The notes under the pieces were generated by a model, which did no database searches, had not been told where the DNA came from, and saw nothing but the letters and a program-made list of their open reading frames with translations. Made by a program: the position numbers and the translations under genes. A DNA stretch of 64,000 nucleotides, taken from an uncultured Eubacteriales bacterium (lineage in GTDB: Bacteria; Acidobacteriota; Aminicenantia; Aminicenantales; Aminicenantaceae). Shown here in pieces: positions 19,191-27,710 of the stretch; the first letter of the stretch is position 1, and each line of letters begins with the position of its first letter. The stretch is from the NCBI GenBank assembly GCA_964429695.1, contig CAYSCS010000079.1, forward strand, positions 1,121 to 65,120, read 5' to 3'.

Positions 19191-20219
19191 TTATTTATGA
19201 GGTTCTATGATTACCTTCAGAGAATCCTCTGCTTTAGCCACAATCTCGAAGCCTTTTCCAGTTTGCTCTAAAGGAAGTCGATGAGTAATCATATCTTTTA
19301 CTCTTATCGAAGTAGAACGAAGAATCTCAAGCGCCATCCATGAATCATAGGGACTTGCTCCGTAGGAAGTGGTGAGAGTGATGTCATTCTTGAAGAATAG
19401 CTCGTTAATGGAAATGGGAATTTCCACACCAGGCTCTGATGGGGCAAAGAAAAGAATCTTCCCCCCCCTTTCGACAAGCTCCAACGATTTAAGGAATGCT
19501 TCTTTTTTGCTTGTACAAACTAAGACAAGGTCAGCCAAACGCCCCTGATTTAGCTCACGAAAGCATCCTGCAATATCATCAGCAGGGGTGAGAGCTTCAT
19601 CAGCACCGAATCTTTTTGCCGCCTTTGCTCGGAAAGGAACGGGGTCAACAGCTAATATTTTTGTAGCTCCAGATAATCTAGCAAGATGAATATTTAGAAC
19701 TCCTGCTACTCCACTTCCCAAGACTATCATACTCTGTCCAGGACTAAATTTAGCTATTCTCTGCGCTCTTAAAACACAGCCCAAAGGCTCATGGAATGAA
19801 GCTTCTTCGAAGGATAAGTTATCGGGAATCAAGAAAGTCCCCGTGTTCACGTTGATTTTGGGAAGTCTTATGTATTCGGAAAAGCCACCAGGGTCGAAGT
19901 TACTCTTCCGCAGAGTATCACAAGTAGTGTGATTTCCTCTTAGACAATAATAACATACGTTACAGGGAACGTGATGAGAAGCCACAATTCGGTCACCGAC
20001 TTTAAAATTTTTGACACCCTGCCCAACCTCAACCACGACTCCGGCCACTTCATGTCCCAGAACGAGAGGTGCCTTTTTTACTCGATACCATTCAAGAACA
20101 TCGCTTCCGCAAATTCCGCTTGCCTCGACTCTCATCAAAAGTTCACCTTGCCTAATGCGCGGCACCGGTCTTTCTTCAATTCGAATATCATTGTTTCGGT
20201 AATAAACTGCAACTCGCAT
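19191..20219 (-). CDS. Zinc-dependent alcohol/polyol dehydrogenase (MDR family)
   Basis: GICGSD, GHEVAG, structural Zn CNVCYYC..C, EPLGC, GSGVAG, MITHRLPL. Confidence 0.92.
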   Translation of the reverse strand: MRVAVYYRNNDIRIEERPVPRIRQGELLMRVEASGICGSDVLEWYRVKKAPLVLGHEVAGVVVEVGQGVKNFKVGDRIVASHHVPCNVCYYCLRGNHTTCDTLRKSNFDPGGFSEYIRLPKINVNTGTFLIPDNLSFEEASFHEPLGCVLRAQRIAKFSPGQSMIVLGSGVAGVLNIHLARLSGATKILAVDPVPFRAKAAKRFGADEALTPADDIAGCFRELNQGRLADLVLVCTSKKEAFLKSLELVERGGKILFFAPSEPGVEIPISINELFFKNDITLTTSYGASPYDSWMALEILRSTSIRVKDMITHRLPLEQTGKGFEIVAKAEDSLKVIIEPHK

Positions 20220-20295
20220 TGAGCTTCTTCTCTCCTCGATTTATCAGTAAATATCTATTAGTTTATAAATAAAAGTCAAGTAACCATTCTTAACT

Positions 20296-21609
20296 TCAAG
20301 GGACAACATCCGTATACTGGGCAAGAAAAGCAGAATGGTCATAGATTTTCTGGAGGGAAATTCCGCAAGCCTTGATTGCCTCTTTAATATCTTTAATCAA
20401 TCTCTGAACAATTCCTACATGTAGCCTCATTAGCTGGCAATATTGATATGATCTTTTTAAAGATCCAGCTAGAATCTGAACCGGACAACGTCCTCCACAA
20501 TAGGCATGAACGCCACATTCGAAACATCCAAGATATTTTTTGTAATTTACAAGGGAGAGAAGATTTTCTTCATTTATGCAAAGCTTGCCTTTTTCATCAA
20601 GCCCTCCGATAGCCCTGCAATCAGGGAAGTCGGCGCAGGGATATACTTTCCCTCCTACTATATCATAATTTTTGCAGAGCTCGACTCCACAGGCTGAATG
20701 TCCCCTCTGCTTTCCTTTTAAGAGGTACAATATGAGTTCGTTGAGATGAACAATAGGAAGAAGATTTCCCTCCCCCAGCTCTTTCACATAAATCTCCAAA
20801 ATTTCTTCAAGTTCTCTTCCATAGGTATTGATAAACGCCTTAAAATTTCTCAGCGGCTTTCTATTTTCAGCCCAATGCCAGAAGAAATGGCTGACGAGTT
20901 TCTTCTCATAAAGCCTCATAAACTCTTTAAAACAATTTAGAAGAGACTGGCCTTCGCGAAGTGTCGACCAGAATAAAACTTTTTTTCCCTTAAATGCACC
21001 AAGAAGGGCCTCAAGATTCTTGATTATTTTAGAAAAGGAAGTACCTTTTCTAAATCTCTCGTGTTGCTTTTCGTCTCCATCTATGGATACAGAATAAAGC
21101 CAGATGTCTTCTGCCAGTTCGGGGAACTTTTGTATAGCAGGTCCAATTAGTTCTCCATTTGTATAAACCATAAACCGGAACCTTCCTCCATCCTCCGAAA
21201 TACGAAGCGCTCTCCACACCTGTTCCATCGCCTCAAGACTAAGGAATGGCTCACCCCCATAAAAGCAAACAGTTACTATTTTCCCTGGATGAAGAGCAGC
21301 TAGCGCTTTAATTATTCTTACATCCCTATCAGGAAGGCAATCATCTAAAATTTCAGAATGACTCGAGTACTTACTCCTTTGTGTAACTTTGATGTTCACG
21401 CAATCTATGCATTTGGCGTAGCATCGCTTGGTAACTGTGAGATGGACGAGGATTGACTCTTCTTCCTCATATTTATCGTCTTCAAGTAGTGGCCTATTTT
21501 TCATTTTGACTACTTCAGGATTTGAAAGGTCTTTAAATCCAGGATATTTTTCGCCACATATTTTTGAAAGATTAAAGGCATGGGCAGAAAGACGTGAAAG
21601 ACAGCTCAT
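20296..21609 (-). CDS. Radical SAM/SPASM domain protein
   Basis: CxxxCxxC (CYAKCIDC), FYGGEP, TNG, SIDG..H..FRKGT; SPASM-like CG...YPC...CFECGVHAYCGGRC...C. Confidence 0.88.
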   Translation of the reverse strand: MSCLSRLSAHAFNLSKICGEKYPGFKDLSNPEVVKMKNRPLLEDDKYEEEESILVHLTVTKRCYAKCIDCVNIKVTQRSKYSSHSEILDDCLPDRDVRIIKALAALHPGKIVTVCFYGGEPFLSLEAMEQVWRALRISEDGGRFRFMVYTNGELIGPAIQKFPELAEDIWLYSVSIDGDEKQHERFRKGTSFSKIIKNLEALLGAFKGKKVLFWSTLREGQSLLNCFKEFMRLYEKKLVSHFFWHWAENRKPLRNFKAFINTYGRELEEILEIYVKELGEGNLLPIVHLNELILYLLKGKQRGHSACGVELCKNYDIVGGKVYPCADFPDCRAIGGLDEKGKLCINEENLLSLVNYKKYLGCFECGVHAYCGGRCPVQILAGSLKRSYQYCQLMRLHVGIVQRLIKDIKEAIKACGISLQKIYDHSAFLAQYTDVVP

Positions 21610-22050
21610 TTTTTAATTTTATCATAGACAAGGATGTATTTTGCAAACTCTAAATTTAAAGATAAAAGTCTCGTCTAATCTTAAGAACATGCTTTCGGAT
21701 TAAAATCTAAAGATAGTAATTTCAGGCCATTTAAAACCTGGGCTTTGATGTTTGATGGATGATAAACCCAAGGGGTTTAAACTGAAACTTTAGACATCGA
21801 CTTAATATTTACCCTGTCTCAGAAAAAAATATTCTCTCTCCTTTCTTTTGAGTAGTCTTTCTCAATTTTCAAGTTCAGATTTAAACTTTTTCCCCAGGCA
21901 AAGCTTTTTTGAAGAAATTAAATATTTTTTCCCTCTAATTTAGAGAACTAAATGCTTACATCTGGTTTATTTATCATCTACCTTAAGGGGGGCACAATCT
22001 CAATTTTCAGAAATTAGAATAATTTGTTTATCCAAAAATAAAATCGCCTT

Positions 22051-22713
22051 TCACCAGCCCATATTAAGCCCTGATATTTCCAGTATTTTTTGACAGACTT
22101 CCAAAAAGTCATTTGAGAAACAGGAGAAACTTGCTGCTTTTTTCACTTCTTCATTTGAGCTATTGAAAGCGAATGAAAACCCGGCTATCTTCATCATCGG
22201 AATGTCTCCCTTACTATCGCCGACGACAATTGTCTTTGCTGGAGAGGTCCCGAATCTCTTGATTATCGAGTTTAGCACTCTTCCTTTCCCCAAGTGAGTA
22301 ACCTTCACCTCTACTTCTCCACTTAGCTTTCCTTTATGGTGAATCAACCGGTTTCCAATTGCATAATCCAAATCGAGTTCTTTTTTCACTCTATCGACCA
22401 AAAATTGGATTCCTGTTGAGATTGCAGCTAACTTAAATCCGTAATTTTTAAGAATCTCAATTGCTTGCTTTACATTCCTGGCATAGGTAATTTCTTCAAA
22501 AATATCGATAATTCTCTTGATATCCATCCCTTTCCAGTGCAAAGCATCAAGCTTACAAAATCTCTTATAACTTATCTTCCCTGCCAGGAACATTTCCTGA
22601 TACTTAATCGCTTGGTTATCCCATTGTCCTAATTTTTCATGGAGGAACTGCCAGCTTGAAGGGTGTGTAGTTATTGTCCCATCCACATCAAAGACGCATA
22701 ATTTGTATTTCAT
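22051..22713 (-). CDS. HAD-IB phosphatase (phosphoserine phosphatase-like)
   Basis: Motif I FDVDGT, motif II ISTG, motif III K, motif IV VGDSKGD. Confidence 0.85.
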   Translation of the reverse strand: MKYKLCVFDVDGTITTHPSSWQFLHEKLGQWDNQAIKYQEMFLAGKISYKRFCKLDALHWKGMDIKRIIDIFEEITYARNVKQAIEILKNYGFKLAAISTGIQFLVDRVKKELDLDYAIGNRLIHHKGKLSGEVEVKVTHLGKGRVLNSIIKRFGTSPAKTIVVGDSKGDIPMMKIAGFSFAFNSSNEEVKKAASFSCFSNDFLEVCQKILEISGLNMGW

Positions 22714-22722
22714 CAGAGAAAA

Positions 22723-23808
22723 TTAACCGAAATTAATGTTTCTTTTATGATTCTCCTTTATGAATTCAATCCCTTTACCCATCTCATCTATGGCTAACTG
22801 ACCGCACGCAGCCTGAATTTCTTTTCCTCTAGTCTCTCTGATAGTAACTTTTGCCCTCTCCAAGCTCACTTTCCTCTTAAAAACTTCCATCTTCTCTAAG
22901 TTTACTCCCCTGTAAGAATGATAAGGGCTCGGATTGCAGGAAATTAGATTAACTTTTGCTCTGAGATCTCTGGCAATCTGCCCTAATCTTCTCGCATCTT
23001 GATCAGAATCATTTAATCCTTCTATTAAAACATACTCAAGAGTAACCACCCGACCGGTTGTCCTGTAATACGCATGACAGGCATCTAGGAGCTTCTCAAG
23101 ATTGTAAGCACGGTTTACGGGAACCAATCTATTCCTGAGTTCGTCGGTTGTGGCATGGAGAGAGATAGAAAGTTCTATCTGAAGACCGAGCTCCATTAAC
23201 CTAAAAATTCCTGGAACGAGGCCACAAGTAGAAATTGTAATTTTCCGAGACCCTATGCGTAATCCTTTCGGATGATTTATTATTTTTAGCGCTTGAGAAA
23301 GGTTGAGGTAATTATCCAGCGGTTCACCTATTCCCATCATTACTATATTTGTGATTCGCTCTTTGTGCAAACGAGAGACCATGAGAATTTGTTCCACAAT
23401 TTCAGAAACAGTAAGTTGACGGACGAATCCTTTTGAACCACTGACACAATAAGGACAACCGAATTTGCATCCTACTTGGCTTGAAAGGCAAATTGTCCTT
23501 CGTCTGTTTTCAGGAATGAAGACTGTCTCGATAGAGTGACCATCTTCAAGCATAAAAATAAATTTCTTGGTTTTATCGGCTGCCTCTAGAATCCTTAAGG
23601 TCTTTAGAGAGCCTATGGCAAATCGGGTATTGAGTCTTGAAATTATCCTCCTCGGTAGATCAGACATGGAAGAAAAATTATCAACATATTTTCTGTACAA
23701 CCACCCAAAAACTTGCTGGGCACGATACTTCGGTTCTCCCCATTTTTTGAAAACTTGTTCTAAATTTTCCAAATTCAGATTTAGAATATCTTCTTTATTA
23801 TCAGGCAC
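22723..23808 (-). CDS. rlmN: 23S rRNA/tRNA m2A methyltransferase RlmN
   Basis: CLSSQVGCKFGCPYC, MGIGEPL.N, ISLHA..RNRLVP, EYVLIEGLND, G.EIQAACGQL. Confidence 0.93.
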   Translation of the reverse strand: MPDNKEDILNLNLENLEQVFKKWGEPKYRAQQVFGWLYRKYVDNFSSMSDLPRRIISRLNTRFAIGSLKTLRILEAADKTKKFIFMLEDGHSIETVFIPENRRRTICLSSQVGCKFGCPYCVSGSKGFVRQLTVSEIVEQILMVSRLHKERITNIVMMGIGEPLDNYLNLSQALKIINHPKGLRIGSRKITISTCGLVPGIFRLMELGLQIELSISLHATTDELRNRLVPVNRAYNLEKLLDACHAYYRTTGRVVTLEYVLIEGLNDSDQDARRLGQIARDLRAKVNLISCNPSPYHSYRGVNLEKMEVFKRKVSLERAKVTIRETRGKEIQAACGQLAIDEMGKGIEFIKENHKRNINFG

Positions 23809-23979
23809 GTGAATATTCTACCATATTGAACTTGATATTTACCTTATTCATTTTTTTAATTTAAAAGAAAAAGATCATTTTATCCTCAAGGAAAGATAAG
23901 CATAAATAAAATCTTTATTTCTAATTTTCTGGATAAAATAGGTATCTTTGGGGGTAAATTACTAAGGACGATAAGAATT

Positions 23980-24056
<77 letters not shown>

Positions 24057-24066
24057 TTAGTTAATT

Positions 24067-24094
24067 ATTATAACAAAACTCTTTTTTTTGTCAA
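24067..24094 (-). promoter_or_regulatory. Consensus sigma70 promoter of tRNA-fMet
   Basis: Minus strand TTGACA(24094-24089)-16 bp-TATAAT(24072-24067), 10 nt before the tRNA. Confidence 0.85.
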
Positions 24095-24277
24095 AAAATA
24101 AGATTCATTTTTGTTACTGTGATTCAGACAGTGGGGGAAGATCCAATCTAATTCGTTAATTTTTAAGGAGTTATCAAGCATCGAAAAGCGGCTCAGATAA
24201 ATTTTCATATAGACCTCTTTTTTTTACTTGACAACTGAGTGTTTATAATATATGAACATATCAGTTATAGGGTCATT

Positions 24278-24655
24278 GTGGACTTAAGTCGCCTCCGCCA
24301 AAAAATCCTACTCCTCGATGAAAAGCGCCTCTCTCTCATCAAACAGATCCTCCGGCCTCTGCCGATGGTCTCCGGAAGCCTCTACCAGATGCATAGATCC
24401 TGCGGTAATCCTCGCTGCAAATGTGCCAGAGGTGAGCTTCACTCCTCCTGGTATCTCTCCACACGTAAGGACAAAAAAACAAAGCTCATCTACATCGGCA
24501 AGATTGTCCCAGAGTGGCTTTCTACCTGTGTTCTCCGTTATCAGAGTTATCAGAAAAAACTGGCTGAGATCCGCAAGATTGACTCTGAGATATCTGTGAC
24601 ATTAAATCAGTTGCGTGATAGCAAACTGAAGAGTTTTGACAAGGCTCGTCGATGA
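24278..24655 (+). CDS. IS-associated small Cys/His protein (DUF6788-like)
   Basis: GSL..MHRSCGNPRCKCARGELH..WYLS..K.KT...YI followed by a coiled-coil-like end; ATGA overlap with the transposase. Start uncertain (24239 or 24278). Confidence 0.7.
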   Translation: MDLSRLRQKILLLDEKRLSLIKQILRPLPMVSGSLYQMHRSCGNPRCKCARGELHSSWYLSTRKDKKTKLIYIGKIVPEWLSTCVLRYQSYQKKLAEIRKIDSEISVTLNQLRDSKLKSFDKARR

Positions 24656-26286
24656 ATCTTCTCGTTTTCGAACAGGACAAGGTGTATGTGAAGAAGTGCT
24701 TGGAAAATGGGGAGATTGATTATCTGGAGGCCGTTTCTGAGGGAGCGGAGACGGAGTTTTTTCAATATCTCAACATCCGAGGGGTTCTGAGAGATTTGGC
24801 CGACACCTACCCTCTCAAACGCAGGAAGCAAGAGGTGCCTCTGTGGCTTTATGTTGCCAGTGATATAAGCCTCAGGCTGCACGGGATGCAGAGCTTTTAC
24901 GCCTATCCTTTGGTCATTCGCACCGGAGGATTGCTGAACGCGCTTGGTCCGGAAGTGGGGAAAAAAGTTGTTCATCCCAAGACCGGACAGGTGACGATTC
25001 ACTGTCCCGGGTTTAACAAAAAAAACACCTATGACCGTCAGACGCCCTGTGATCAGGATTTTTTGCGCAAGGTCGCACGGGCCACAGAGGCGGAGAAGTT
25101 AGTGGGATGGTTTAACACGGAGATGCCACGGCTTCTGGAACGGGAAAGGCTTTTTGACCCCGAAGGTATTTTTATAGGCGATGCGTCCTATATTTTCGTT
25201 CCCGATAATGAGAACTACGAAGGTTCAGATGTTTTACTCTTCGATGAGCACAACCATCCGGTTGAAAAGGAAAAGCTTTCTCCCTCACAGCTTCGACGCT
25301 GTCGATACCGGCGTTGCTATAAATGGGTCGAGTTGATCCATACCAACTCCTCTGGGGAGTTTTTCTTCTTTGTCGCGATGCACTTGGGGCGAGGAAAGTC
25401 TCATGAATATCCCATTCTTTATGAGCTGGTGGAGCGGTTTTTGGAGATAGTGGGTAAAGGGGTTATGAAGTGGCTCATCGTTGATAGAGGTTTTCTTGAC
25501 GGACAATGGATGGGTCATCTTAAGATGCGCTGGAATATAGAGACTCTCAGTGGGCTTCGGAGTGACATGAATGTGCTAGAGGATGCGAGGGGTTTGCTTA
25601 AAGCCGAGCCTGTTGAGTGGCAAGACTACCAGCCGTACACGCCTCCACCTCCGCCTGTGACTCCGGCCAAACCGGAGAGTCTTCTCAGCCGTGAAGAAGC
25701 AAGGCGGCGGACGTTGACACTCCAAGGCCGTTGGCCAAAACCTCAGCCTCCAGAGAAAGTTGTGGCTTTTAACGGCTTGACCAGTTGGGATGCCTGTCCG
25801 GTACCGTTGACAGTAGTGCTCACCCAGCAGAAGAATAAACCGCCCTGGGGTCTGGTGACTACCTCTGAGACTCAAGATGCGCCCTTCGTCCGCGACCGGT
25901 ATCATTTGCGCGAGACAATCGAGGAGCGCCACCGCCAAACCAAACTCTTCTGGGACCTGACTGGGTTTCATTCCCCCAACTTCAACCTCGTTACCCATCA
26001 AGTTGTTTTCGTCGCTCTCACCTACACGCTCTTACAGATGCAACTGCTTGGCGAAAACCGGCCTGAACTCAATCGTATGACCAGACGCACTCTCCAGCAC
26101 CAGATGCTCCCTCATGGAAACCATGTCGTCGTCTATGCTCATCATTACTATGGATTTTTCGATATTCCTGAGTATAGTGAGATCATCATGATGATCGAGG
26201 AACCGGGGAAAAGTAAGCTTCTTCGCAAGGTTCGGAGAATCCGCAGAAATTTTCTCATAGGTTTGAACTGGCCGCGTGGACCGTGA
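24652..26286 (+). CDS. DDE transposase, IS4 superfamily
   Basis: FIGDASY, IVDRGF and YREK signature Y-HL-R-ETI-E-ERHRQT-K; lies inside terminal IRs. Confidence 0.88.
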   Translation: MNLLVFEQDKVYVKKCLENGEIDYLEAVSEGAETEFFQYLNIRGVLRDLADTYPLKRRKQEVPLWLYVASDISLRLHGMQSFYAYPLVIRTGGLLNALGPEVGKKVVHPKTGQVTIHCPGFNKKNTYDRQTPCDQDFLRKVARATEAEKLVGWFNTEMPRLLERERLFDPEGIFIGDASYIFVPDNENYEGSDVLLFDEHNHPVEKEKLSPSQLRRCRYRRCYKWVELIHTNSSGEFFFFVAMHLGRGKSHEYPILYELVERFLEIVGKGVMKWLIVDRGFLDGQWMGHLKMRWNIETLSGLRSDMNVLEDARGLLKAEPVEWQDYQPYTPPPPPVTPAKPESLLSREEARRRTLTLQGRWPKPQPPEKVVAFNGLTSWDACPVPLTVVLTQQKNKPPWGLVTTSETQDAPFVRDRYHLRETIEERHRQTKLFWDLTGFHSPNFNLVTHQVVFVALTYTLLQMQLLGENRPELNRMTRRTLQHQMLPHGNHVVVYAHHYYGFFDIPEYSEIIMMIEEPGKSKLLRKVRRIRRNFLIGLNWPRGP

Positions 26287-26710
26287 TGATCAGGGGCCAT
26301 GTCTATCGGTTGGTGTGTGTTTTTTGTAGAACATCTATCCTCTATTGTATTTTTTTCTCCGTTTTATTTGAGGGAAAGCCTCTCTAAAGTTCTTTTCGTC
26401 ATATACAGCCCTCTTCTTGTCTCAAATTAAGATCTTTGCTCCTAACGCTTCTAGTGGATTTTTTCCAAAAGACCCTCTACTGTCTGAATTGCAGATAAGA
26501 CGCTATTTTAAAATTGGAAAATGAACAATTATGAAGTAATATAGATAAACTTAAAGAATCAAAGGAGTTATTCAAATAAAAAGGAAAAAGCGAGCTTCAT
26601 ATTCAAGGGCTATTTCACAATTTTTGCCGTTAATTCTTTTATTTTTGTGTCTAAACGAAGCTAGGAGTCATTCTAGGAATCTTTTTCGAGACGAAAACAG
26701 GAGGCATAAC

Positions 26711-27334
26711 TTGAGTGAAGAGAAGCGGATTATCTTGATCGGTGCTTCTGTGGGGAAAGCATGGAGAATTGAATTTCTACCCAAAAGGATTGAATCGAGT
26801 GGCTTCGTCTTTGAATATGTGTTTGGGGGATATCAGTTTGATAAAAGTGAAATCCTTCGAAGGGTTCTTTCCCGTTCAAAGAATAGAGCGGATGCAATCA
26901 TTCTTAAAGAATGTGCTGCATATTTTCCTGGGAATTTAAGTTACTACAAAGATTTAATGAAAGGATGGATCAGCATCTGTCAGAAAGAATCGGTTATTCC
27001 AATCCCCGCCACAGTCGCGCCTGTGACCAGAACCCACGCAATAAAGAGAGCGATTATTAACCTTTTAAGAGGAAAAAACCCTTTGAAGGGAGGAGATTTG
27101 TTGGGGAAAAAAAGAATGAGGCAAATCTTGGAATACAACGATTGGATAAGAAATTATTGTAAAAAGATAAATATTAATTATCTTGACCTAGAAGGTGCTT
27201 TAAGATACAGCGAAAAGAACAGATATTTAAGAGGAGAATTTGCGAGAGTAGATGGACTTCATTTGAACAAAAAAGCATATAATATTTTAGATAAAAAAGT
27301 TATTGAGACCTTAGAGAAAATCATTTGGCCTTAA
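26711..27334 (+). CDS. SGNH/GDSL-like esterase/acyltransferase
   Basis: IILIGASVG (block I-like), YNDWIR, DGLHLN..AY (block V). AGGAGG 6 nt before TTG 26711 suggests this start. Confidence 0.65.
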   Translation: MSEEKRIILIGASVGKAWRIEFLPKRIESSGFVFEYVFGGYQFDKSEILRRVLSRSKNRADAIILKECAAYFPGNLSYYKDLMKGWISICQKESVIPIPATVAPVTRTHAIKRAIINLLRGKNPLKGGDLLGKKRMRQILEYNDWIRNYCKKININYLDLEGALRYSEKNRYLRGEFARVDGLHLNKKAYNILDKKVIETLEKIIWP

Positions 27335-27354
27335 TAAGAGAGGAGTCAGTTACC

Positions 27355-27383
27355 TTGACAAATTATATTCATAAAGATAAGAT
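27355..27383 (+). promoter_or_regulatory. Sigma70-like promoter of the polysaccharide operon
   Basis: TTGACA(27355-27360)-17 bp-TAAGAT(27378-27383). Confidence 0.65.
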
Positions 27384-27664
27384 ACAATTCTAATTTAGCC
27401 GGGTTTCGGTAGGAAAAGGAAGAGAAAATCCATGCCTTTGAATTTAAGACAAGAAGAAATTTTAATTTCTTATTTTATTTTCTTGTCGTTAATCATTTCT
27501 TTGAGATTTTTGCTTAAATTTAGGTATTTAATGAATCGTTACTTCCCAATGTCCTTCGCCTAAGTTGATTCATACTCTTTGGATAAGAAATTCCCCCGAA
27601 GAAGGGCTGAGAAAAGCTTTATTTTTGGATGTAAGACGTGCAGAAGAAATTGTTGGCTTTAAAG

Positions 27665-27676
27665 GGCAGTAGCCTG
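27665..27676 (+). promoter_or_regulatory. ops-like element
   Basis: GGCAGTAGCCTG versus ops consensus GGCGGTAGnnTG (1 mismatch), 34 nt upstream of the first GT start. Confidence 0.4.
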
Positions 27677-27710
27677 TAATTTTTTTAATATGTAGTTTCT
27701 TACGAAGAAG

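Larger units (their letters stand above)
24117..26494 (+). mobile_element. Two-ORF insertion sequence (IS4-superfamily DDE transposase plus small Cys/His ORF)
   Basis: Terminal IRs: left CTGTGATTCAGACAGTGGGGG from 24117; right-end reverse complement CTGCAATTCAGACAGTAGAGG ending 26494. Visibly more GC-rich than flanks; no adjacent target duplication seen. Confidence 0.85.

Noticed and set aside
21610-22050. RiPP precursor peptide for the radical SAM enzyme
   Set aside because: No small ORF with an SD and plausible core found on the coding strand.
24228-24249. TTGACA and TATAAT inside the IS left end as one promoter
   Set aside because: They are only 10 bp apart, which is incompatible with sigma70 spacing.
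24098-26500. ATAAGA on both sides of the IS as a target duplication
   Set aside because: The left copy (24098-24103) is 13 bp away from the IR, not adjacent; likely chance in AT-rich DNA.
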